Source: Octopus sinensis (Eukaryota). From it: a stretch of 64,000 nt of DNA. Position numbers and translations under genes: made by a program. Under the pieces are notes generated by a model. It had not been told where the DNA came from. It ran no database searches and was given only the letters and a program-made list of their open reading frames with translations. Of the stretch, positions 13,604 through 24,965 are shown piece by piece. Positions within the stretch are counted from its first letter, which is position 1. Each line of letters starts with the position of its first letter. The stretch lies in contig NC_043015.1 of assembly GCF_006345805.1 (NCBI RefSeq), positions 2,542,001 to 2,606,000 on the forward strand, in the 5' to 3' direction.

Positions 13604-14297
13604 TCTTTTCAGCGTAGGTAATATTTACAATCATTAATTCAGGTACGACACAGTAATAAGTTCAAAGCATTAAGTTAAATATCTGCCTGATGAGTAGCTT
13701 AACTCAGAAAATTTAACTGCGTAAAAAATTACGTAATGTGCGACAACTAGTTAGGAGACTTTTATAGTTTAACGTCTGCATGTGTCACTCTTACAATTTA
13801 TTATTTTATTCCCATTTTTAGCTGCATCACTTCCTAGAAGGGAATTTTCTTGAAACATCGAACCTAGGAAAACGCATATTAATCACGATGCCAATATATT
13901 TTTATCCTGCTCTCCACTTTTTGCTTGCTATACTCGTTGCTTATTACTCGAAACTTACAAAGTTGTAACGCTTGTATCCCTGGCTCGTACATACATACAC
14001 ACAAACCCTCTCTCACACACATGCACACAAACACACACACATATACACACATAAACAGGAGATTATAGACACCTGTTTGTGGTGCAGCCTTCAGTGTGGG
14101 TCTGTCTCATCAAGTGATTTTCAGAAGGTCCTTCGCTTAATAATCCCAGTTTTGCTTCGCTCGATTATAATGCATTTCATTATTTGCCTGTAGCTGGTTT
14201 CATACAGGTTTTCTTGGCTTGGAATGACATTGAAGTGACATGGTTCATATTTTTTTCTTTGATGTAGGCAAAGTCCCTGCGTATAATGAATCATACC

Positions 14298-14535
14298 TAT
14301 TTCTTTATTACCCACAAGGGGCTAAACATAGATGGGACAAACAAGGACCAGACATAGGTATTAAGTCGATTACATCGACCCCAGTGCGTAACTGGTCCTT
14401 AATTTATCAACCCCGAACGGCTGAAAGGCAAAGTCGACCTCGGCGGAATTTGAACTCAGAGTGTATGGACAGAACAAATACCATTAAGCATTATGCCCGG
14501 CGTGCTCACGATTCTGCCAGCTCACCGCCTTAATA
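14298..14535 (-). mobile_element. tRNA-derived SINE family C, full length, 15-bp target-site duplication
   Basis: ataatgaatcatacc at 14283-14297 and 14536-14550. B-box-like GAGTTCAAATTCC on the minus strand. Homologous to 28746-28965. Confidence 0.9.
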
Positions 14536-15766
14536 ATAATGAATCATACCACACACACATATGCGTGTGTATGTGTTTGTGTATAAATACATGTACGTTT
14601 TGTGTAGAGAATGGATTCAAAGGTAAACCTATGTTTACTGTTCATGTAAGTATGCGATAATTCTTGTACACATCTGATTGCACATACGTATTTTGCGGGA
14701 TTGAATCTCATAATCAAAATTTCTATATTAATGAGTTTCAATTCAGTTTATAGAATTATTTCCTTATTACCTATATTATATTTCATTTGCTAAAACTTGA
14801 TCACTGAATTGATTCGTCACCTGTGACTCATAAGAATCACATGCAAATAAGTTTCGAAAAGTCACCACAAAAAATGTAACCCAGAATACTTGTTCAAAAT
14901 ATAACTTGGATACTCATAAAATAGCATTTATCTTTAAAATGCCCGTCTGGTATCGTGATAATGTTCTCCAGTAATATGGGTAGCCGATTCTAGAATCAAC
15001 ACATTATTACAAGCGTTGTTATTAGAACAAATTTCGTTAAGCTAATTGGTACTGTTTTTGTCTGAATCATTAGGGTAATTGAGTTTAGAGCTTAATTTGA
15101 GGCATAAACACCGGTACAATAAAAGAAGTACGGACCATCAATATTTTTAAACATAGACATATGTTATACTATTGCGTGATGACGAGTCAATACCTAGAAA
15201 CTCGAGTCTGTGTGTATCACACTGGTTGAAGATGTGAAGGATGTATTCCCTTTGCAGTACTGATAAGACACAGAAAGAGTGTAAATAGCCAGCTAGAGGT
15301 GTCTTCCTGGGGCTACAAGCTACAGTAGAATACACCCTTAAGTGTTAGCCACATTTAAGTGGCAAATATACTTCACGATGTCGTGTAGCTACTGTTTATA
15401 CCTCGCTGAGAGATTTATTATTCATGTTTAATACATCTATGGTAATTATATTGTATTTGCTAAAACCTGGTTTGTGAATTGATTTGACATTGTTACACAC
15501 TAGGAAATAACAGTGACGTCAATATCAAGTAACATTAAGTATAGAAATTGTCGACATTTTTATTTTCCTCAGTAATAATTATTTTAGTGTAGTGTTTACC
15601 AAACCGTGACAAAATGCAGGACACTCAACTTAACTAGAAATGTTGAAAAATTGTTACAACATTATGAATTAATGGAACAAGAATATTCTGCAGATTTGCT
15701 GACTGTAGTGATTTTCGATTACTTTCAGCCGGAAAGTTGACGTGTAATATATTCAATCATCATTTA

Positions 15767-16147
15767 GAAGCACTCCGTCGGTTACGACGACGAGGGTTCC
15801 GGTTGATACGATCAACGGAACAGCCTGCTCGTGATATTAAGGTGTAAGTGGCTGAGCACTCCACATACACGTGTACCCTTAACGTAGTTCTCGGGGATAT
15901 TCAGCGTGACACAGAGAGTGACAAGGCCGGCCCTTTGATATACAAGTACAACAGAAACAGGAAGTAAGAGTGAGAGAAAATTGTGGTGAAAGAGTACAGC
16001 AGTGATCACCACCATCCCCTGCCGGAGCCTCGTGGAGCTTTAGGTGTTTTCGCTCAATAAACACTCACAACGCCCGGTCTGGGAATCGAAACCGCGATCC
16101 TACGACCGCGAGTCCGCTGCCCTAACTACTGGGCCATTGTGCCTCCA
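15767..16147 (-). mobile_element. SINE family A, copy 2
   Basis: High identity to the other A copies. attcaatca flanks both ends (15751-15759, 16149-16157), a probable target-site duplication. Confidence 0.9.
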
Positions 16148-17194
16148 CATTCAATCACCATACCCACCCACTTGTCAGAATGTCGTGGGTGTTATCAGTT
16201 ATCGTTCAACTCATTTAAGTTTCTTCCTAATATTTGGAGAAGTAACATGACATTTCTAACTAAGATATCGAGTAGACATCTTTGTCAAAGTGATATGTCA
16301 TATTCATCGCGATATTAACTCACATTAATTAATTAATTAATTAATTATGTGACGCTCAGAACTCATTTATGTAGTGATCAAATGCGTTTTAGTTTATTGA
16401 AATTACATTTGTGATAACAATTTACTAATGGTTACCTATGATAGTGGTGACCCTCGTACAATAGAAATTTAATTCGAATTTGATGGTGAATAATTCTGGC
16501 TTTGCATGTGAGTTACAAGTTATGGGTTGTGTTGATGGGAAAAACTGTAACATGACAATTCGGTAACGTTCAAGAAAGCTAAATAATCTTACCGTTTCCA
16601 ACATAACGATGTGCAGAGAAAGTATACGGAGATGTTGCAGATACCTGCAGCATAATGTATCCCCACTAAGCAGAGATTATTGAACTGAATGATGAATTAC
16701 AATAACCTCACTAATTATATCTGAAACCCTGTTTGATTATAATACTGCCACCATTTAAACAACCGCATATATATAGAAGATGTCACAACGAAAACTGCAC
16801 TACGATTTTTAGTTAGCAGAACCCATGTAGAGGGGCCATTTAATAACTACTTACATTACATTCAATATATTACTCGAGAAAACATATATTCTACGAATGT
16901 ATTTAGATGTTGCTTTAACGCTATACGGGAAATAGACGTTTATTAATGAAATGTCTAATGTCTATGAATATAATATTAGAACAATTATAATACGATGTCA
17001 TGCAACCTGGCATGATCTGATATAAAACTGAAGTAAGACGGGGGAGATAAGGGTTGTTATGGGTGATATTTCTTATACTAGTTTACACACTTCCTTTAAT
17101 ATAATTTTGTTGCTTGTTATACTGTGCTATTTTCTGACCACTGTTCAGATCTGTTCGTAAAAACATATACTCTGTAGAAAGATGGAAGGGCAAG

Positions 17195-17437
17195 TTAAAT
17201 ATAACGATATTATGTCCCATTATATTAAGGAAAACTTAGTGTATTGCTACACAGTCAAAGAGGTTGGAGAGCATAAATATAAAGTTGTAGCTGAGAAAAA
17301 TCTGATATGGCGAAATGGACGCCATATCAGCTTTTTCTCAGCTACAGCTTTATATTTATGCTCTCCAACCCCTTTGACTATTTACCAATACACTAAATTT
17401 TCCTTAATATAATGGGACATAATATCGTTATATTTAA
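17195..17437. mobile_element. 243-bp foldback (hairpin) MITE-like element
   Basis: 118-bp inverted arms (17195-17312, 17320-17437) with about 7 mismatches, 7-nt loop aaatgga, TTAA at both outer ends. Confidence 0.8.
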
Positions 17438-18388
17438 TACCGACACTCTGTATATATCCATCAATCTACCAAGGGCAATTTGGTGGAATGTTCATAAACG
17501 ATAATCCGTTTATGCTATTTTCTCACCTATGGGAGGAAGTCCTATCAGACATTTTGAGATAAAATTTAAAGTACGCTTTTTTCAATAGGGATGTAATTAG
17601 TATCTAGAAAATATTTGCATATACAGTGGCAAAAAGAATCATTGCCACAATTTGAATGTTGGTCGAAATATATAGGTTCGTCACAAGAAATAGAACCATT
17701 ATCCTGAGGGTTTGTAGTCAATTAAAACATGATACCAGCATATATGGCGATTTCATATTATGAAATACAAGAAGTACATTGTTAGTGTTTTCATAGCCGG
17801 AGGAAATTGAACATTGAATTTAATGATACGTAATTCCTGGCATCACTGCTGTGAATGATAAGAATCGTAAAAAGAGACGGATTTTCCAATTCACGTTTAC
17901 TACGGAATGATTCCAAATATCACATTCAACCGGTATTGTTAGAAGGCATACTCTCTGTCTCTCAAGATATTATCTGAGATGAATGATGTAATGATACACG
18001 TAGCTGCATTGATTCAAATCAATAGCGCTAGATGTACGTATGTAGAGACAGTTAACTATTTCTTAACTTGCAACAAGTTTGTTCCTTTGTATGAAGGAGA
18101 TTACAAACATAAGATTATGCGTAAATCATATTCCTGTCTCTTACAACACGAAAGCTATATTGACACTAATATCTGCTGTGACGCCAATAAATATATTCAC
18201 TATCAATACCATTAAATATTACTGAAGTCTCCAACAATCACCATCAGGAAGCCAGATTAGCGAGAGGTTTCCTAAGATTTGTCAATAATATTTGTTCCTA
18301 TTTTGTATTTCAAAAGCTGTATTCTTGGATAGAAGACATCTGAAATTATGATGTTCATGACTTTCCCAAAGTATTTAGCATTTGGGTA

Positions 18389-18766
18389 GTGGAAGCACTC
18401 CGTCGGTTCCGACGACGAGGGTTCTGGTTGATCCGATCAACGGAACAGCCTGCTCGTGAAATTAACGTGTAAGTGGCTGAGCACTCCAGAGACATGTCTA
18501 CTCTTAACATAGTTCTCGGGGATATTCAGCGTGACACAGAGAGTGACAAGGCCGGCACCTTGAAATACAGGTAGAACAGAAACAGGAAGTAGGAGTGAGA
18601 GAAAGTTGTGGTGAAAGAGTACAGCAGGGATCACCACCATCCCTGCCGGAGCCTCGTGGAACTTTAGGTGTTTTCGCTCAATAAACACTCACAACGCCCG
18701 GTCTGGGAATCGAAACCGCGATCCTACGACCGCGAGTCCGCTGCCGTAACCACTTGGCCATTGCGC
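18389..18766 (-). mobile_element. SINE family A, copy 3
   Basis: High identity to the other A copies. Confidence 0.9.
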
Positions 18767-19800
18767 AAAAAATATAACTATTAGCTATTATAGCGCCTAC
18801 TGCATGACAGTTGATTTAAACTTTATGAATTCCTGTAACTGAAAATTTAACGTTTAAATTTATTACAATAATATCGAACCAAGAACAATGAAAAACGAAA
18901 TAGCATGGAAACTTGTTATGTGTGCGGTAATATGCTGCATGTGTACTTCCACAAATATTGAGAGTAACGATAATACTCTAAATCCAAGAATACAGAGGTA
19001 TTTAAAGCGAACGTGTCTCGGCCGTATTAGAATGATTTCACGAGCGTTAACTGCAATAGCTCGAGTAAACGATTAGCTACTGATTTCTCTTCGTTCTGAG
19101 GTAGATGCAAACCATCGCTTGCCTGGATGCCAATGGATGGTACATGCGTATTTTAATTTCTTTACTGTATTGTAAAAATTCAGGGCGTGTCTCTATCGTA
19201 TGGAGTAGTCTATCCCATCGAAAACAAGTCCTCATTCATAATTATGCAAATTCTAGCTGTTTCCTTTGCGAGTGGCGCATGCTGCACTCTCTCAACACTC
19301 GTACCACACACACACACACAGACACACACACACATACACATACACAACGAACACACACACACACATATATAGGTGTATGAATATATATGCGTGTGTGTAT
19401 GTGTATGCGTGTGTGTGTACGAACGCATATGTATGTGTACATGTGAGTGTGTGTGTCTGTGCGAGTTTGTGTATGTTTAAAAAATAATAGTATTTGATAG
19501 TTAAGTTTTATTTAATAAAAACAATTTCGTGCTAATCAGAATGATTATTCATCATCATTGAAGAGTGAAAGTATATTCGGTGTAGGGAATTAGTAAATAT
19601 GACTCACACCTCCCACTTGACGAATGGATCGTTCCATTCAGTATCATGCCATCATTCATATCAGTCACTATAGATTATGTGACATGTCGGCCAGTATCCA
19701 GAGAGTGCGTGTAGAATGTAATGATAGTCGTGCCTGTGCTGATATAGCAATTATTCTGTGATAATGAACGGACAAAAGCGAAATACTTAGGACAAGCTAT

Positions 19801-19858
<58 letters not shown>

Positions 19859-19895
19859 TTGGCTTAGATTTCCCTTGGCGGGCTGGCCATATCGG

Positions 19896-19962
19896 AGCAA
19901 TCTCAAGATTAATCAGCCGAAATTGCTAAGATGATCTGGTTCTTGACTGATGACTGAGGGCT
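19896..19962 (+). ncRNA. Candidate permuted (pseudoknotted) hammerhead ribozyme, repeat 1
   Basis: Helix III AGCAAU/AUUGCU, AUC site, helix I UCAAGA/UCUUGA, CUGAUGA, GAAA, helix II AGCC/GGCU after a 5-nt insert. Confidence 0.45.
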
Positions 19963-20677
19963 TCGAATGTCCCGTCCTATGGTTCTTGTGTCGTCTCTGT
20001 GGTGTTTCATGTTCTTGTCCATGTCTGTAATTATTTTTACTGTTTACCTATATAATCGGCGGCTACGTATCCACAATTGTCCTTATACGATAAGTATATT
20101 TTTTCTCTAGCATTGATACGACTCTTAATCTGTCTCTTTTTCTCTCTCTCTCTCCTCCCTTATTCCCCTTCCTTTCTTTCCCTCTCCATCCGTCTCCTCC
20201 CCCTTCTACGTTTCTCTATCTCTCTCACCTCCAGCCCCCTCGATCTGTCTCTTTCTTCTCCTCCCTAATCCACCTTCTCTCTCTTTCCATCTGTCCCTTT
20301 CTCCTGTCTTTTGTTCTCACGTGACAGCTAGCCGCTGTTGAGCGCTCTTTTCGTTTTCAGCAGCCGCAGAAGCAACACGTATTTGTTCGTCTCCCCGTGG
20401 CCATTAGGCACAACTTCACAAGCCAGCCCCATACTCAACTCGTCCTGTCGAAAGACCCTTGTCCTACGTCCTGGTTTTGTTTTGTTGTTTATTTTTTATT
20501 TTTATTTTTACCGTTATTGTTTTTACGTTTTTGTATTCTTATTGGTGTCACGTATTGTGTATTTTTGTTTATGTACTTCGTTCGTTTTCCGTCCTCGCGT
20601 TGTATACATTCGAAGCTTTCTTCCAGGGGATCTAATGCGCTTGGCTTAGATTTCCCTTGGCGGGCTGGCCATATCGG

Positions 20678-20744
20678 AGCAATCTCAAGATTAATCAGCC
20701 GAAATTGCTAAGATGATCTGGTTCTTGACTGATGACTGAGGGCT
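20678..20744 (+). ncRNA. Candidate permuted hammerhead ribozyme, repeat 2
   Basis: Identical to 19896-19962. Confidence 0.45.
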
Positions 20745-20869
20745 TCGAATGTCCCGTCCTGTGGTTCTTGTGTCGTCTCTGTGGTGTTTCATGTTCTTGT
20801 CCATGTCTGTAATTATTTTTACTGTTTACCTATATATATATATATATATATATACATATTCATACATAT

Positions 20870-22013
20870 ATAGCGTGCGATGGAGAAATTTTCACCATTT
20901 TATATGTTAAATTTGCGCATGAACATACATATTACGACTACATATTATAGACAGTACCATGATACAAATCTCTGTACCAGAAATTTGGAAACGACATGTT
21001 CTACTCTTTGACATTCGCACCAGAAATTCCAATACAGATATTTCAGTGTGTTTGGGTCTCTTTCTGAGGACAGTGTAAAGGATTCGGAAGGAGCTGGAAT
21101 AGCTCTAATCGTTTGAATAAGAGAACTCCTGAATCTAGGCCGTGATTGTCCACGATAGCTCCAAGTCAATCAGGTCTATCGCAGGGACATGGGAGTGTCT
21201 GAGATTCGTATGAGTTTCTGAGTTTCGTACAATACGAGAAAGAGCCAATTTTTAGCTCGATACATCAAGGACAACATGTAAGACCACACTACAAAGCTTT
21301 TGAACAAATTCAAGCCTCCCCCGCAACCGAACATGCTTTGGTTTTTCTCAGACGAGAAGCAATTCCAGCCAGGAGCAGATGGGGAACACACATGACATTA
21401 TTTGGCTTGCTGTGTCCCCAGAACATTTACTGAGAGTGATAAAAATCAAACATCCAGTCAACATCATGGTGTTTGGAGTGATAACTAGTGATGTAGATAT
21501 TATGGTTTCATTATCTTCCGACACAGCCTCAGACTCAATACAGATGCCTACATCAAGTGACTGGAGGAGGTAGTACGTCCTTTGGCCAACAATGTGTTTG
21601 CTGGAATTCCCTATGTTTGAAATCACGACTTGTCACCTGCAGCAGAAGCCAGTCACGACTGTCACACAATTTCTGAGACCACTCCACCACTAACATCTGT
21701 CCATCTCCCTCCACAAATTTCCACCTCCTCAATTAATGTGTATGGGGTGCAGTTCAGTGATAGACCAACAAAACACCTTCTAACACGAAACGTGAAGTGA
21801 AGGCAAAGATTATGGCTGCATTTACCAGCTTAAAAAAGGAGAGCGTCCGGAAGAGTTGCACGGGATTCCGATGTCGTCTCTGGAGGCGGTGTTTGAAGCC
21901 AATTCCGATTTTATTGAATAAATATACTCTCTGTAGTATTTGAAGATACTTTTCTGTAATTTTGTAAAAAATGTGTTGCGTAATTTTGACGACAATTTAT
22001 TTACATCCTGCGT
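20870..22013 (+). pseudogene. Decayed Tc1/mariner DNA transposon (maT-like DDxD transposase)
   Basis: Fragments QPNMLWFFSDEK (about 21320-21360), IWLAVSP..KIKHPVNIMVFGVITSD (ORF 21379-21573), YVWGAV and AKIMAAFTSLKKESVRKSCTGFR..LEAVFEANSDFIE* (about 21740-21920). Degenerate terminal inverted repeats at both ends. Confidence 0.85.
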
Positions 22014-22015
22014 AC

Positions 22016-22066
<51 letters not shown>

Positions 22067-22479
22067 TCTGTGTGTCTGTGTGCATACATATATGCATACA
22101 TATATATGAATATGCATATATATATTATATATTTATTTATATGTATATATATATACGTACACATCATTAGATGCATATACGTCTTTTTACGTGCGTTGTT
22201 TTGCGTGAATACTTGTGTGTATGCATATGCGTATAATGCCTCACTTACACGCACACGCTATTTCAATGATATCGTGGGTATACAATTTAATTTCAATTTA
22301 AATGATATTAGTAACTCTTATCGTTGAATAATAACTTAATAATGGAATAATATACAACGCATTATATCTCTGTTCAGGACTATATCTTATAAAACCAGTA
22401 ACAAAAATCCTAATATCTTTATGTCTGTATATTTTAAATTTTACATCGGTAGATACATACATATATACATACATACATT

Positions 22480-22592
<113 letters not shown>

Positions 22593-23176
22593 CACACGAA
22601 CATACATACCCAAACACTCATATATATATACATATGTACATATGAACACACACATATATTTATCCATGTTTGCTTATGTGTGTATTCATGTCAAGATATA
22701 AACACACAGAAGCACATATATAAGTCTGCACATGTGAGTGTCTGTGGCTTTATTACACCATTCTATTATATGTAAGCGAATATGCCCCACTATTCAATGA
22801 TATATATTGGATTAAGATCTGAATAATATTAATTGAATTGGTACTACAGAGGATCGTATGATGATATTCAACAGCAAGAAAACAAATTCTGAAGATGACA
22901 CACGGAACCATACATACTCTATACGAACATACAAACACACGTATACAAACACATACGCACGTACACACACTCCTATACAAACATATACACACACTGATAC
23001 ATTCACACACACTCACAAACACACACGCATACACGTTTAAATTTAGAAGCACAGATGTGTATAAACAGTTGCATATATAGATGAAAAACTGTAAGAAATT
23101 CAACAAAAAGGTAAATAAAGATTGTTAGATACACGCACAAACATACACACATACATATATACACACACACACACAC

Positions 23177-23246
<70 letters not shown>

Positions 23247-23251
23247 ATATA

Positions 23252-23439
23252 GTTAATCCAAGCATGAAAACACAGAAAAACGCACAAAACGCGACGTCGT
23301 GGAACAAGTTTTGTGTTATTGGCGAGAATTTAAGGAGAATTTAACGTTTCGAGCGGAACTCTACGTCAGAAACATAGAAAAAGGAAAGATCCAAAGAAGG
23401 GAAGACGGAGGAAAAATTCGCCAACGATACACACGTGGT

Positions 23440-23442
<3 letters not shown>
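23252..23442 (-). mobile_element. Microsatellite-embedded Penelope-like terminal fragment with minimal hammerhead motif
   Basis: Minus strand 23372-23337 reads uuu CUGACGU A GAGU ucc GCUC GAAAC GUU aaa. Its 3' end abuts (TA)n and its 5' end abuts (CA)n. Confidence 0.65.
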
Positions 23443-23519
<77 letters not shown>

Positions 23520-24029
23520 TCCCCACGAAACTCGTCTTCTTCCCAAATTTCTCAAACCTGCTCTAATGTAATACATATCTTTGGTATGGTTATTGTACGC
23601 GGCTGAATAAGGCTATGGACATACATGTTACATCAATTATGCATTGATATAAACTGTCCAATAAAGCCAGAAACACATGTACCGCTAAATCCTTTGCATC
23701 CTGTTTTTCTTTTGATAAATATAAGTCTATTTAATCAATTTCATTAGTCAACTCTCCCATATTTTATGCAGCTCTAATGGCACGTTTTGGACTCGGAACA
23801 TAAAATAAAGATAAAAAACCGCAACACGTTTCACCCGACAGACTAACGATTTTTGCAGCTCGTCAACTTTGCCACTCATGCTTCCGCGGGTCGACTTTGC
23901 CACTCATGTATTTGCGGGTCGAACGATTAAGTACCAGAGAAACACTTGGGACGAGTAGTTCCCTACCCCCAGAATTTCAGGCATTGTGCTTCAAATAGAA
24001 ACTTTTATCATAAAAGCAATGCGCTAGCA

Positions 24030-24230
24030 CAAATTTTGGCACGCTGAGCGAAATTCTTAGCAGTGTTTCGTCCGTCTTCACGTTCCGAGTTCAAATTCCA
24101 CCGAGTTTGACTTTGACTTTCATTCTTTCGGGGCTCAATTAAATAGGTACCTGTTGAGTACTGGGACCGATGCAATCGACTTACGGCCTTTACGAAACTG
24201 CTGGCCCTGTGCTAAAATTCGAAATCATCA
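24030..24230 (+). mobile_element. SINE family C, degenerate
   Basis: gagttcaaattccaccgagtttgactttgactttcattctttcgggg matches the family C core. Confidence 0.7.
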
Positions 24231-24824
24231 TTATTATTTGTAGTATCAGTATTTTCGTCATCAGTACACTATGTTCGATATTACATTGATTGCTTTGCTA
24301 TCACAAGTCTGGTTCAGTGAATAATATCTGACACCATACTATTAAAATTGATGGAGTCTAAATGATAAAATAAACTATATATTTCAGTCAGTAAATCTAA
24401 TTTATTAAACGTTTATTTCGAATTTCATATAGCATTAAGCAATTTTTTTTTTATTTGATAGCATAAATTGCAAAATTTATTTTATTTTCTTACAATGAGT
24501 TCTTTCTACATATTTTTCTCATTAATTATATTTCGTTTAGATCTGCTGATATGCATCTCAAATCGGGAAAATTGCATCTGTTTAAACACCATCCATTATA
24601 CAGGAACAAAAGAAAACAAACAAACACTACAAAAACAATGTCTAACCAGACGCCTGAAAGCAATTTTTACGATCTGCACAAGTGTTTTGGCTTATTATAT
24701 GGCGAATACAACCATCTGTTAGGTTTACCATTGAATTAAAATAAAGATATGTAACCTGTGCGTTTACATACTTTTTTTCTCAGTTATTCACTCCCATTTT
24801 CGCATGTGTGTGTACAACAACACT

Positions 24825-24871
<47 letters not shown>

Positions 24872-24880
24872 GCATGTATA

Positions 24881-24965
<85 letters not shown>

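Larger units (their letters stand above)
19853..20836 (+). mobile_element. 984-bp non-autonomous element with 202-bp direct terminal repeats, inserted in (TA)n; Penelope pseudo-LTR or retrozyme-like
   Basis: Repeats 19853-20054 and 20635-20836, offset 782, one mismatch (19979 a vs 20761 g). (TA)n on both sides. No intact ORF. Pyrimidine-rich interior. Confidence 0.8.

Noticed and set aside
13673-13718. Hammerhead-like string agttaaat-a-tctgc-CTGATGA-gtagcttaactca-GAAA-atttaact next to (TA)n
   Set aside because: An 8-bp helix III is possible, but there is no helix I, there is an extra A in the GAAA junction, and helix II has no closing pair. Too incomplete to call.
16085-16147. tRNA-like heads of the SINEs as real tRNA genes
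   Set aside because: They run directly into SINE bodies, lack a clean cloverleaf and are bounded by target duplications.
17302-17330. ctgatatggcgaaatgg resembling CUGA..GAAA at the foldback centre
   Set aside because: Core is CUGAUAU (no G8/A9) and helices I and III are absent.
19947-19975. Alternative minimal type I fold CUGAUGA-cu-GAG-ggc-UUC-GAA-UGUC inside the 202-bp repeat
   Set aside because: Lacks one A of GAAA and has no helix I partner; the permuted fold explains more bases. Worth keeping as a control construct.
19853-20836. CRISPR-like array, or a classical LTR/TRIM interpretation of the direct repeats
   Set aside because: Only two long repeats and no spacer series; no TG..CA ends, primer-binding site, polypurine tract or 4-6 bp target duplication.
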